From an uncultured Bacilli bacterium (GTDB taxonomy: Bacteria; Bacillota_I; Bacilli_A; RF39; UBA660): DNA of 64,000 nucleotides. This document shows, one piece after another, positions 29,481 through 41,385 of the stretch. The notes under the pieces were generated by a model. The model searched no databases, had not been told where the DNA came from, and was given only the letters and a program-made list of their open reading frames with translations. Position 1 is the stretch's first letter. Every line of letters starts with the position of its first letter. Location of the stretch: positions 7,837 to 71,836 of the forward strand of contig CANQEJ010000001.1 of assembly GCA_947594925.1 (NCBI GenBank), written 5' to 3'. The position numbers were made by a program, and so were the translations under genes.

Positions 29481-29611
29481 TAAATAATAAATTATCCACA
29501 TTTAATAGACAATGAAATTTAATAAAATAATAAGGAATAACCACTTAATATAAAGTTATCAACATTATGAACACTATTATTAATATTATTTAAAAGAAAG
29601 AAGGAATATAT
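29481..29611. promoter_or_regulatory. oriC downstream part: DnaA boxes and an AT-rich candidate unwinding region between dnaA and dnaN
   Basis: Perfect TTATCCACA at 29492-29500; TTATCAACA at 29556-29564; the surrounding sequence is extremely AT-rich. Confidence 0.6.
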
Positions 29612-30730
29612 ATGAAATTTACCATTGAAAAAAATATTTTATTAGAAAATTTAACTTATGTAACTAAAGCAATCTCAATTAAAAACATAATACCTATCTT
29701 AAATGGTATTAAATTTGAATTAACAGATACGGGTTTAGCATTAACTGCTAGTGATTCTGAATTAACCATTAAAACATTTATCTCTGAAAAAGACATTACT
29801 AAAATAGAAAAAACAGGAACTATTATTATTCAAAGTAAATTTATAACTGATATTATCAGAAAGATGCCATCTGATACAATTAACTTTGAAGTTATTGATG
29901 GTTTAAAAATAAAAATATACACAGACAATAATCAGTATAATTTAAATTGTTTAGACCCAAAAGAATATCCAACTTTAAAATTAGAAGAAAGTAAAACTCC
30001 TCTTACTATCAAAAGTGATATTTTTAAAGAGTTAATTAATCAAACATCGTTTGCTATATCTACCCAAGAATTAAGACCTATTTTAACTGGTATTAATTTT
30101 AAAATAGTAGGGGACTTATTAGAAGTTGTGGCAACAGATTCTTATCGTTTAGCAAAGAAAAATATTCATCTTGAAGAAGCTATTAAAGAAGATGTTAACA
30201 TTGTTATTCCTGGAAAGAATTTAATTGAGTTTGAAAAAATCTTAGGAGAAGATGATGATTTAGAGTTACATATCTTTAATTCGAAAATTTTATTTAAATA
30301 TAAAAATATTTTATTTCAAAGTAATTTATTAAATGGAACTTTCCCTAATACAACTAATTTAATTCCAACTGAGTTTGAAATTATTGCTAAAACTAGTTTA
30401 AGAGATTATTTCTCTGCTATAGATAGAGCATCTTTATTAACTCAAGGTAAAGATAAGAATATTGTTAAAATGAAAATAGATAATAGTAGTATGATTATTA
30501 ATTCTTATGCATCAGAAATTGGTAAAGTTGAAGAAAAAGTATTAGTTGATATTGACGAAAAAGCTAAAATAGATATTTCCTTTAGTGCTAAATATATGTT
30601 AGAAGCTTTACGAACTATTAAAGATAAAGAAATTTTAATTCTTTTAAATACAGATGTTAAACCAATTGTTATTAAATCGGTTAATGATGAATCTCTAATT
30701 CAATTAATATTACCAGTAAAAACTTATTAA
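29612..30730 (+). CDS. dnaN: DNA polymerase III beta sliding clamp
   Basis: 372 aa; three-domain clamp; synteny. Confidence 0.95.
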   Translation: MKFTIEKNILLENLTYVTKAISIKNIIPILNGIKFELTDTGLALTASDSELTIKTFISEKDITKIEKTGTIIIQSKFITDIIRKMPSDTINFEVIDGLKIKIYTDNNQYNLNCLDPKEYPTLKLEESKTPLTIKSDIFKELINQTSFAISTQELRPILTGINFKIVGDLLEVVATDSYRLAKKNIHLEEAIKEDVNIVIPGKNLIEFEKILGEDDDLELHIFNSKILFKYKNILFQSNLLNGTFPNTTNLIPTEFEIIAKTSLRDYFSAIDRASLLTQGKDKNIVKMKIDNSSMIINSYASEIGKVEEKVLVDIDEKAKIDISFSAKYMLEALRTIKDKEILILLNTDVKPIVIKSVNDESLIQLILPVKTY

Positions 30731-30875
30731 AAGATATGCTAGATTTTTAAAATAAAGGTTTAGCTAATTAAAGAAATTCAAAAAAATAAGAAGCTTAATA
30801 AGCTTTTTTCTTTTTTCGACAAATATAGACTTTAACTTATGGTATAAGAAGAACAAAAAAAGAGGGGGCAGGATT

Positions 30876-31334
30876 ATGCTAAATTATAGAATTAATGAAG
30901 AAACATTAGCTATATTTCCATATCATAAGAAAAGTAAGGTTTATGAAAATAGAAAAAGTTTTATAGTTAATGAAAGTGCTTATAGTATTATTGAAGATAG
31001 TTGTAAATATTTTGGTAGTTCTTTTGAAGGGCGCAAAAAAGGATCTGTATTCTTAACAGGTATTACTTATAAAACCCCAATTATTATTGAAGAAACTAAG
31101 GAAATTATCTTTTTTCCTACAACATCACCCAGAAGAAATTATTGTTCTTGGATATCTTTAAATAACTTAGAAAATTATTATGAAGAGAAGGGAAAAATCA
31201 AATTAGTTTTTAATAATAAAAAAGAAATTCTATTAGATGTTTCATATGGAGTAATTAATAATCAAGTTTTAAGGGCTTCAAGACTAGAATCTACTTTAAG
31301 AAAAAGTAAGAAAAATAAAGAAAAAATTCAATAA
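30876..31334 (+). CDS. comK: ComK-family competence transcription factor
   Basis: YFGSSFEGRKKGS, PIIIEETKEIIFFPTTSPRRNYCSWIS and VSYGVINNQVLRASRL align with B. subtilis ComK blocks FFGSSYAGRKAGT, PIMVDPSNQIFLFPTLSSTRPQCGWIS and ISYNSFENQVYRTAWL. Confidence 0.75.
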   Translation: MLNYRINEETLAIFPYHKKSKVYENRKSFIVNESAYSIIEDSCKYFGSSFEGRKKGSVFLTGITYKTPIIIEETKEIIFFPTTSPRRNYCSWISLNNLENYYEEKGKIKLVFNNKKEILLDVSYGVINNQVLRASRLESTLRKSKKNKEKIQ

Positions 31335-31340
31335 TCAATA

Positions 31341-31370
31341 AAGTATGAAAAAACTTCATACTTTTTTTGA
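31341..31370 (+). terminator. Rho-independent terminator after comK
   Basis: Stem AAGTATGAA / TTCATACTT with a 5 nt loop, then TTTTTTT. Confidence 0.45.
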
Positions 31371-31471
31371 AAATAGTTTAAATTTAGGCTCATTTTGTGA
31401 TATAATTATTAATAGGTATAGGAGTACATAGATACCTACTATTTTAATATATAAACACAAAAGAGGCCAAT

Positions 31472-34475
<3,004 letters not shown>

Positions 34476-34487
34476 GAGGGTTTAGTT

Positions 34488-36935
34488 ATGGATAAAATAG
34501 TTGAAAATAATATTGAAAATGAAGTAAAAACTTGTTTCTTAAATTATTCCATGAGCGTTATTGTAGCCCGTGCCTTACCAGATTTACGTGATGGTTTAAA
34601 ACCTGTACATCGTCGTATTTTATATTCAATGTATGAATCTGGATATACACCTGACAAACCTCATAAAAAGAGTGCGAGAATTGTCGGAGACGTTATGGGT
34701 AAATATCATCCACACGGCGACTCTTCAATTTATGATGCTATGGTTCGTATGGCTCAGACTTTTAGTTTTAGACATGTTTTAGTTGATGGTCATGGAAATT
34801 TTGGTAACTTAGATGGTGATGGAGCGGCTGCTTACCGTTATACCGAAGCGCGTTTATCAAAATTATCTTTGGAAATGGTTCGTGATATTAATAAGAATAC
34901 TGTTGATTTTATTCCAAACTTTGATGAAAGTGAACAAGAACCAGAAATATTACCAAGTAGATTTCCTAATATTTTAGTAAATGGAACAATGGGAATAGCA
35001 GTTGGTATGGCCACAAATATTCCTCCTCATAACTTAGGTGAGGTTATAGATGGATGTGTTGCTTACATTGATAATCCTGATATTGATACTGATGGTTTAA
35101 TGCAACATATTAAAGGACCAGATTTTCCTACCGGAGCTGTTATTTTAGGAAACAGTGGAATTAAAAAAGCTTATGAAACTGGCCGTGGTAGTATAACTAT
35201 TCGTGGTAAAGTAGAAATAGATGAAAGTGGAAATAAAACAAGAATAATAGTTAATGAACTTCCTTATCAAGTAAATAAAGCGGAATTCCAATCTCGTATT
35301 GGCCAACTTGTAAGAGATAAAATTATTGATGGTATTACAGATATTCATGAAGAATCAAATCTTGAAAATCCTGTCCGTGTTGTAATTTATCTTCGTAAAG
35401 ATGCTAATGCTAATGTTATTTTAAATAATTTATATAAACACACGCAATTACAAACATCATATGGTATAAATTTATTAATGTTAGACCAAAAACGTCCTAA
35501 AGTATTATCTCTAAAAGAAATTATTTCGAAATATATTGATTATCAAAAAGAAATTATTATTAGAAGAACTAAATTTGATTTAGAAAAAGCGGAAGCTCGT
35601 GTCCATATTTTAGATGGCTTAAAAATAGCTCTAGATAATCTAGATGAAGTTATTAAAATAATAAGAGGGTCAAATACGGATATTGAAGCGAAAGAGCAAT
35701 TAATTTCCCGTTTTGGTTTAGATGATGTTCAAGCTGATGCTATCTTAGAAATGCGTTTGCGTCGTTTAACTGGCTTAGAACGTGATAAAATCGAAAAAGA
35801 ATTAGCAGAATTAATGGCCAGTATTGCTGAATATCATGCAATTTTAGCTAGTGAAGAAAGAATTCTTGGTATTATTAAAGATGAATTAATTGAAATCAAG
35901 AATAAATATGCTGATGAAAGACGTACCGATATTGACATGACAGCTATTGAATATATTGAAGATGAATCTTTAATACCTGTGGAAAACATTATGGTAGCTT
36001 TAACTAATAAAGGATATATAAAACGTACACCTGTTGATAACTTCCGTTCTCAAAATAGAGGAGGAATAGGTGTAAAGGGTATGTCAACTAACGATGAAGA
36101 TTTTGTCGAACATTTGATTAATTTATCTACTCATGATTACGTATTATTCTTTACAAACAAAGGAAAAGTCTATCGTCTAAAAGGATACGAAATTCCTGAA
36201 TTTAGTCGTCAATCTAAGGGATTACCGATAATTAATCTTTTACAAATAGAAAAAGATGAAATGATTTCTTCCGTTATTGCAATTAATTCTGAAGAAGATG
36301 TTAGTTACTTACTATTTGTTACTAAGAACGGTTTAGTTAAGAAGACAAAAGTTGAAGAATTTGATAAAATAAGAAATACTGGTAAGATATGTATTAATCT
36401 TAAAGATACTGATGAATTAATCTCTGTTAAAAAAACGACGGGTAATGAATATATTCTTCTTGGTTCTAACTTAGGACGTATGGTTAAATTTAATGAAAAT
36501 GAAGTTAGAGTAATGGGCCGTACCGCCAGTGGAGTAAAAGGAATTAATTTAAATGGTGGCAAATGTGTAGGTGCAGAAATTGTTACTGATGATAAAGAGA
36601 TTTTAATTGTAACCGAAAAAGGTTATGGAAAGAAAACAGCTATTTCTGAATATAGAGAAACTAAACGTGGCAGCAAGGGTGTTAAAGCTCTAAATATTAC
36701 TGATAAAAATGGAACTATCTCGGCATTGAAATTAGTAGAAGAAAATAAAGATTTAATGATAGTTACTAATAGTGGTATTATTATGAGAATGCCATTAGAC
36801 CAAATATCTACACTAGGAAGAGTTACTCAAGGAGTTCGCCTAATCAATTTAAAAGACAATCAGGAAGTAGCTACAATTAGTTTAGTTGATAAAGAAGAAC
36901 AAGATGTTTCACGTGAAACATTAGATGAAGAATAA
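34488..36935 (+). CDS. gyrA: DNA gyrase subunit A
   Basis: Active-site region [11 protein letters not shown]; GyrA-box in the C-terminal beta-pinwheel; the last codons contain parS copy 1. Confidence 0.97.
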   Translation: MDKIVENNIENEVKTCFLNYSMSVIVARALPDLRDGLKPVHRRILYSMYESGYTPDKPHKKSARIVGDVMGKYHPHGDSSIYDAMVRMAQTFSFRHVLVDGHGNFGNLDGDGAAAYRYTEARLSKLSLEMVRDINKNTVDFIPNFDESEQEPEILPSRFPNILVNGTMGIAVGMATNIPPHNLGEVIDGCVAYIDNPDIDTDGLMQHIKGPDFPTGAVILGNSGIKKAYETGRGSITIRGKVEIDESGNKTRIIVNELPYQVNKAEFQSRIGQLVRDKIIDGITDIHEESNLENPVRVVIYLRKDANANVILNNLYKHTQLQTSYGINLLMLDQKRPKVLSLKEIISKYIDYQKEIIIRRTKFDLEKAEARVHILDGLKIALDNLDEVIKIIRGSNTDIEAKEQLISRFGLDDVQADAILEMRLRRLTGLERDKIEKELAELMASIAEYHAILASEERILGIIKDELIEIKNKYADERRTDIDMTAIEYIEDESLIPVENIMVALTNKGYIKRTPVDNFRSQNRGGIGVKGMSTNDEDFVEHLINLSTHDYVLFFTNKGKVYRLKGYEIPEFSRQSKGLPIINLLQIEKDEMISSVIAINSEEDVSYLLFVTKNGLVKKTKVEEFDKIRNTGKICINLKDTDELISVKKTTGNEYILLGSNLGRMVKFNENEVRVMGRTASGVKGINLNGGKCVGAEIVTDDKEILIVTEKGYGKKTAISEYRETKRGSKGVKALNITDKNGTISALKLVEENKDLMIVTNSGIIMRMPLDQISTLGRVTQGVRLINLKDNQEVATISLVDKEEQDVSRETLDEE
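36904..36921. promoter_or_regulatory. parS: parS site, copy 1 (ATGTTTCACGTGAAACAT; the 16 bp core TGTTTCACGTGAAACA matches the parS consensus perfectly)
   Basis: Perfect 18 bp palindrome read directly from the sequence; lies inside the gyrA 3' end. Confidence 0.8.
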
Positions 36936-36942
36936 TAATAAA

Positions 36943-36975
36943 AAAAGAAGACTATAAAAGTAGTTTTCTTTTTTT
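36943..36975 (+). terminator. gyrA terminator hairpin
   Basis: Stem AGAAGACTA / TAGTTTTCT (one G-U pair) followed by a T-run; sits between parS copies 1 and 2. Confidence 0.4.
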
Positions 36976-36993
36976 ATGTTTCACGTGAAACAT
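36976..36993. promoter_or_regulatory. parS: parS site, copy 2 (perfect 18 bp palindrome)
   Basis: Identical 18-mer, intergenic. Confidence 0.8.
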
Positions 36994-37066
36994 TGATAAT
37001 TATTTTAAATTTATTTGCTAGTGTACCGTAATTTTGTTTTAATTAATATAGAAAGTAGGTAATAAT

Positions 37067-37966
37067 ATGTTTTATCGAATATTCAAATTAAAGAGAACCC
37101 CACTATGGAATATTATTTCTTTATTACTTTTATTTATTAGCGTTTACGCAACCTCCAAAGCGGAATTTCAATTATTTAAAATCTTAATTTTTTTAGCTTT
37201 AATAGTTAGTTTAATTCCTATAATAAAAATATTGCTTAAAGAAAATCCTAAAGATGGATATATTTATTCTCCCATAGTAATTGATAATAATAGTAATATT
37301 TATTTATTAAAAGAAAAAATAAATGTTATAACAATCGCATTACCAATAGTTTTATTATTTATATTAATTACTGGTGATTATACTAATGCTTTATTATTTG
37401 ATTATATAGTAATGATTTTCCCCTTATTTATTGATATAAATGATTTATTTAGAATATTAAATGAAAATAGACTAGCTAAAAATGAAGATTCATTAATTAA
37501 ATTAATCCAAAAAGGGCGAAATATATTTTATAATGTGTCTAAAGTAAATAGTTTAAAGAAAGAGAATTTTAAGTTTAAAATAGATAATAATCCTAAATTA
37601 GTTAGCTTATCCTTTAATTATGAAAATTATGAAGAATTATTATTAAAATTAAACTATGTTTCACGTGAAACATTGGAAGATAAACCAGAAATTAATAATA
37701 GTAATAATCCAGGTGAACAAAACATTTTTACTCAAATGCCTAATATTACAGTGCCTCAAGAAGTTCCTCAAACTGTAACTGTTCCTGAAAATAATGTCCT
37801 AAATAGTAATAATAGTAATAATAGTAATAATACTTCAATTGCTAATCAAGAACCAAATCAAAATATAAACAGTCCTGTTGATAACTCGAATAATTCCAAT
37901 AACAATAACGATGTTTCACGTGAAACATCAACTAATTCATCAGACATATTTAACAATTTTAAATAA
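37067..37966 (+). CDS. Hypothetical membrane protein with an Asn/Ser-rich low-complexity C-terminus; contains parS copies 3 and 4
   Basis: 299 aa ORF with several predicted transmembrane segments in the N-terminal half; no family recognised. Confidence 0.45.
   Translation: MFYRIFKLKRTPLWNIISLLLLFISVYATSKAEFQLFKILIFLALIVSLIPIIKILLKENPKDGYIYSPIVIDNNSNIYLLKEKINVITIALPIVLLFILITGDYTNALLFDYIVMIFPLFIDINDLFRILNENRLAKNEDSLIKLIQKGRNIFYNVSKVNSLKKENFKFKIDNNPKLVSLSFNYENYEELLLKLNYVSRETLEDKPEINNSNNPGEQNIFTQMPNITVPQEVPQTVTVPENNVLNSNNSNNSNNTSIANQEPNQNINSPVDNSNNSNNNNDVSRETSTNSSDIFNNFK
37656..37673. promoter_or_regulatory. parS: parS site, copy 3 (perfect 18 bp palindrome)
   Basis: Identical 18-mer inside the ORF 37067-37966. 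Confidence 0.8.
37802..37832 (+). repeat. Tandem 9 bp repeat (AATAGTAAT) x3.4 encoding an NSN run
   Basis: Read directly; in-frame within the ORF 37067-37966. Confidence 0.5.
37911..37928. promoter_or_regulatory. parS: parS site, copy 4 (perfect 18 bp palindrome)
   Basis: Identical 18-mer near the 3' end of the ORF 37067-37966. Confidence 0.8.
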
Positions 37967-37983
37967 TGTTTCACGTGAAACAT
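37966..37983. promoter_or_regulatory. parS: parS site, copy 5 (perfect 18 bp palindrome)
   Basis: Identical 18-mer starting at the last base of the ORF's stop codon. Confidence 0.8.
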
Positions 37984-38026
37984 CAAAAAAGTTGTTAAAT
38001 AAATTATTTTTTGATAGTATCTATAT

Positions 38027-38105
38027 GTGCAACAAATATATTGTAAACTGGTCAGAATCGGAAGATAGCAGCCACGTCAATCCCTGTTTGTGTGCACTTT
38101 TTTAT
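38027..38105 (+). ncRNA. ffs: Small (4.5S-type) signal recognition particle RNA
   Basis: GGTCAGAATCGGAAGATAGCAGCCACG matches the conserved SRP RNA domain IV (E. coli GGUCAGGUCCGGAAGGAAGCAGCCAAGG); a closing helix GTGCAACAAA...TTTGTGTGCAC is followed by a T-run. Confidence 0.55.
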
Positions 38106-38119
38106 TTAGGAGTTTTTCT

Positions 38120-38539
38120 ATGAAAGATAAATATATGTTAAATTGTTTGAATTATGCTTTAAAAAAAGTGGATAACGATGAATTACCTATTGCAGCTCTG
38201 TTGATAAAAGATAATAAAATAGTTTGTAAAAGTGTGAATAATAAAAACTTAAAAAACAATGTTTTAGGACATGCTGAGATTAGGTGTATCCAAAAAGCTA
38301 GTAAAAAACTAAAACGTTGGAACTTAAGCGACTGTGAATTATATGTTACCTTAAAACCATGTGAGATGTGTGAATTAGTCATCAAAGAATCACGAATAAA
38401 ATCAACATATTACTTATTAGATAGATTAGAGACAAAAAAAGTATATCAAAAGAGCCAATTTATACCTATTACGGGTATGGAAAAAGAAAAAAAACAATAT
38501 CAAGAAAAATTAAAAAAATTCTTTGAAAATAAGAGATAA
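38120..38539 (+). CDS. tadA: tRNA-specific adenosine deaminase (TadA-like, CDA fold)
   Basis: HAE...PCEMC zinc-binding motifs; located before dnaX as in B. subtilis; start at the ATG at 38120 behind an AGGAG ribosome-binding site. Confidence 0.75.
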   Translation: MKDKYMLNCLNYALKKVDNDELPIAALLIKDNKIVCKSVNNKNLKNNVLGHAEIRCIQKASKKLKRWNLSDCELYVTLKPCEMCELVIKESRIKSTYYLLDRLETKKVYQKSQFIPITGMEKEKKQYQEKLKKFFENKR

Positions 38540-38589
38540 AACGACTGTTTATATGATATAATAAACATGTAATTAAGGGTGGTGACAAC

Positions 38590-40209
38590 ATGGATTATAA
38601 AGTATTATATCGTAAATACCGACCGCTAACTTTTGATGATGTGACAGGTCAGGGGGCTGTTGTTAAAACATTAAAAAATGCTATTATGCAACAAAAAATA
38701 TCACATGCTTATATCTTTACTGGTCCAAGAGGGACAGGCAAAACATCGCTAGCTAAAATCTTTGCTAGAAGCATAAACTGTGAGAATTGTCAAGATGGAA
38801 ACCCTTGTATGACATGTGAAATGTGTAAATCGTTTAATGATAATCCCGATATTATTGAAATTGATGCAGCATCTAATAATGGTGTTGATGAAATAAGAGA
38901 GTTAATTAATAATATAAAACTTGCTCCAAGCAATTCTAAATATAAAGTATATATAATAGATGAAGTGCATATGCTATCGCAAAGTGCTTTCAATGCTCTG
39001 TTATTAACTTTAGAAGAACCTCCTGCCCATGTTGTATTTATCTTAGCTACAACGGATATTCAAAACGTGCCAATAACAATTCTTTCTAGAACGCAGCGTT
39101 TTGATTTTACAAGGATATCTCCTTCGGATATAGAAAAAAGGTTAGCTTATGTATGTGAACAAGAAAACATCAAAATTACATCAGAAGCTCTTTCAGAAAT
39201 AGCTTATTTAGCTGAGGGTGGATTAAGAGATGCCTTAAGTATTTTAGACCAGTTAGCTTCGCAAACTGTTGATGAAATAACAATAGATACAGTATTAAAT
39301 ACCTTTGGAACAATATCAACGGCGAAAATTGCTGAGTTTATTAATACAATTGAAAATAATGATATCCAAGGTATGTTAGAAATATTACAGGAATTTAAAA
39401 ATTCGAGCATTGATAGCAAGGTGTTTATAAATAAATTATTAAATGCTTTAAAGGATTTAGCATTTGACATTAAAACTAGTAAAGTCGAAGAAAAAAACTT
39501 GACTTTTGAAGATATCAAAAAATTAATTCTAGAATTAAATGATACTCTTTCTAATAAACTTATGAGTGTCGACCCTTATATTTTAATTGAGATGATTGTC
39601 TTAAGCTATATGGGTAAACAAGAAACACCTGATATTTTAGAAAAAACCGCAGAATATTTCCCGGGAAATAGTGAAGAAGATAAAAAAACTCCCGAAAAAG
39701 TCATAAATGAACCAAAAAAAGAAGAAAAAAATACTGTAAATGATACAAAATTAGAAGAATTTAAAAAAATTAGAATTAATAACTGTTTGGCAGCTGCTCA
39801 AAAAAGTTTCTTAATTGATTTAAAAAACAAATGGCAAGAATTTATAAAATTTATTAAAACTGTGGATAACAATATATACTTAAATATTTGTGATACCAAT
39901 TTAATTGTTTCTTCAGATTGTTATTTTATAATTGAAACAATAACTGATAGCTCAGCAGGTTTAATTAATATTAGTACAGAAAAGATAGAAGAATATTTTA
40001 ATAAGCAGTATAATTTAAAATATAAAATAATTGCTGTTAATAGCGATGAGTGGAATATTATAAAGAAGCAATATATAAATGACTTAAATAATCATATAAA
40101 ATATGAAATAAAGGAAGAAGTTCCATTGTATATTGAAAATAAAGAAGATATTGAAAATATAGCAGGGGATATTTTTGATAAAAATAAAATAGAAATAGTA
40201 AAGGAATAA
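38590..40209 (+). CDS. dnaX: DNA polymerase III subunits gamma/tau
   Basis: Walker A GPRGTGKTS; zinc module CENCQDGNPCMTCEMC; SRT sensor motif. Confidence 0.95.
   Translation: MDYKVLYRKYRPLTFDDVTGQGAVVKTLKNAIMQQKISHAYIFTGPRGTGKTSLAKIFARSINCENCQDGNPCMTCEMCKSFNDNPDIIEIDAASNNGVDEIRELINNIKLAPSNSKYKVYIIDEVHMLSQSAFNALLLTLEEPPAHVVFILATTDIQNVPITILSRTQRFDFTRISPSDIEKRLAYVCEQENIKITSEALSEIAYLAEGGLRDALSILDQLASQTVDEITIDTVLNTFGTISTAKIAEFINTIENNDIQGMLEILQEFKNSSIDSKVFINKLLNALKDLAFDIKTSKVEEKNLTFEDIKKLILELNDTLSNKLMSVDPYILIEMIVLSYMGKQETPDILEKTAEYFPGNSEEDKKTPEKVINEPKKEEKNTVNDTKLEEFKKIRINNCLAAAQKSFLIDLKNKWQEFIKFIKTVDNNIYLNICDTNLIVSSDCYFIIETITDSSAGLINISTEKIEEYFNKQYNLKYKIIAVNSDEWNIIKKQYINDLNNHIKYEIKEEVPLYIENKEDIENIAGDIFDKNKIEIVKE
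39656..39669. promoter_or_regulatory. Noc-binding-site-like palindrome ATTTCCCGGGAAAT (perfect match to the B. subtilis NBS consensus), inside dnaX
   Basis: Read directly from the sequence; a GC-rich 14-mer in an AT-rich genome. Confidence 0.55.
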
Positions 40210-40220
40210 GGTGAAAGAAA

Positions 40221-40520
40221 ATGAATATGCAAAACTTAATGGCTCAAGCTCATAAAATTCAAAAAGAAATGATGAAAAAGAAAGAAGAAATTGGTAAAAA
40301 AGAATTTACTGGTAAATCTGAATTAGTTGAAGTGGTTTTTAATGGTAATAAAGAATTAGTTTCCTTAAATATTAAAAAGGATAAACCTTTTGATGTTGAT
40401 GATATTGAAATATTAGAAGACATGTTAAAAATAGCAATAAAAGAAGCTTTAGACAAAGCAAGCAAAGAAGTAAGTGAACAAATGGGAGCCACTGCCGGAC
40501 CTCTAGGTGATTTATTTTAA
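40221..40520 (+). CDS. YbaB/EbfC-family nucleoid-associated protein
   Basis: 99 aa protein between dnaX and recR; conserved synteny. Confidence 0.9.
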   Translation: MNMQNLMAQAHKIQKEMMKKKEEIGKKEFTGKSELVEVVFNGNKELVSLNIKKDKPFDVDDIEILEDMLKIAIKEALDKASKEVSEQMGATAGPLGDLF

Positions 40521-41125
40521 TGATATATCCTGATGATTTAAATTTTGCTATCGAGAATTTCAAAAAAATTCCGGGCGTTGGTGAAAAGAGTGCAGAAAGA
40601 CAAGTTCTATCTATCTTAAAATTATCTGAAGAAGAAGTAACTGATTTTGCTAATAGTTTAATAAATGCTAAAAAAAGATTACACCCTTGCGAAATATGTG
40701 GAAACTTAACTAGTAATGACATATGTGATATCTGCGCCAATGAAAAACGTGATAAAAATCTAATTTGTATTCTAGAAGATTTCAAAAGTTTAGTGGCTTT
40801 TGAAAAATCTGGAAACTTCACCGGAACATATCATGTATTAAATGGCTTAATTTCGCCAATTGATGACCGAGGCCCTGAAGATATCAATTTAGCAAGTCTT
40901 CTCAAACGAATTGAAAATGTCGATGATTGTGAAATAATTATAGCTTTAAAATCAAGTGTTGAGGGAGAAGCTACCACGATGTTCATAAATAAGATTGTCA
41001 AAAATAAAAATGTTAAAATATCTCGCTTGCCATACGGAATTCCTATGGGAGCTGATATAGATTATCTTGACCCAATTTCTCTTGATAAAGCTTTAAAAGA
41101 CCGAAAAATTATATCAGAAGAATAA
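40520..41125 (+). CDS. recR: Recombination protein RecR
   Basis: C4 zinc finger CEICGNLTSNDICDIC; Toprim domain. Confidence 0.95.
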   Translation: MIYPDDLNFAIENFKKIPGVGEKSAERQVLSILKLSEEEVTDFANSLINAKKRLHPCEICGNLTSNDICDICANEKRDKNLICILEDFKSLVAFEKSGNFTGTYHVLNGLISPIDDRGPEDINLASLLKRIENVDDCEIIIALKSSVEGEATTMFINKIVKNKNVKISRLPYGIPMGADIDYLDPISLDKALKDRKIISEE

Positions 41126-41138
41126 TTTCCCGGGAAAT
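41125..41138. promoter_or_regulatory. Noc-binding-site-like palindrome ATTTCCCGGGAAAT (perfect), starting at the last base of the recR stop codon
   Basis: Read directly from the sequence. Confidence 0.55.
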
Positions 41139-41189
41139 AAAGTTCTAAATAATCTCGACATGCATAAGATTTCCAATAAGGAGATACTT

Positions 41190-41378
41190 ATGATTAGAAA
41201 AATAGGAACAATAATTAGAAAAGTATGTACGGCAGTATTTGTAATTTATGGTTTGAATTTTATTTTATCATCTATTAATATATTTATCCCGATAAATTTA
41301 ATAAATGTTGGAGTGGTTTCTTTTTTAGGATTTCCGGGATTATTCTCGCTAATCTTAATGTTTTTTGTCCTAAAGTAA
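41190..41378 (+). CDS. bofA: BofA-family protein (inhibitor of pro-sigma-K processing)
   Basis: IFIPINLINVGVVSFLGFPGLFSLILM aligns with B. subtilis BofA IHVPINLVTTAISGILGIPGIAALVVI; follows recR as in B. subtilis; start at ATG 41190 after an AAGGAG ribosome-binding site. Confidence 0.6.
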   Translation: MIRKIGTIIRKVCTAVFVIYGLNFILSSINIFIPINLINVGVVSFLGFPGLFSLILMFFVLK

Positions 41379-41385
41379 AGAGGTA

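Noticed and set aside
35145-36562. Small minus-strand ORFs of 67 and 85 aa inside gyrA
   Set aside because: Antisense within a highly conserved coding region.
36904-37983. Recurring VSRET peptide read as a protein-level repeat
   Set aside because: The repeat is an exact 18 bp DNA palindrome that also occurs intergenically and at the gyrA terminus. DNA-level parS is the simpler explanation.
37878-38123. 81 aa ORF in the track
   Set aside because: It overlaps parS copy 5 and the SRP RNA hairpin, and its NVSRET stretch is just the palindrome being translated. Judged spurious.
39861-39869. Perfect DnaA box TGTGGATAA inside dnaX
   Set aside because: It is isolated with no cluster around it. About one chance occurrence is expected in 64 kb at this base composition.
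40372-40821. 149 aa minus-strand ORF
   Set aside because: Antisense across the ebfC/recR junction, which is confidently coding on the plus strand.
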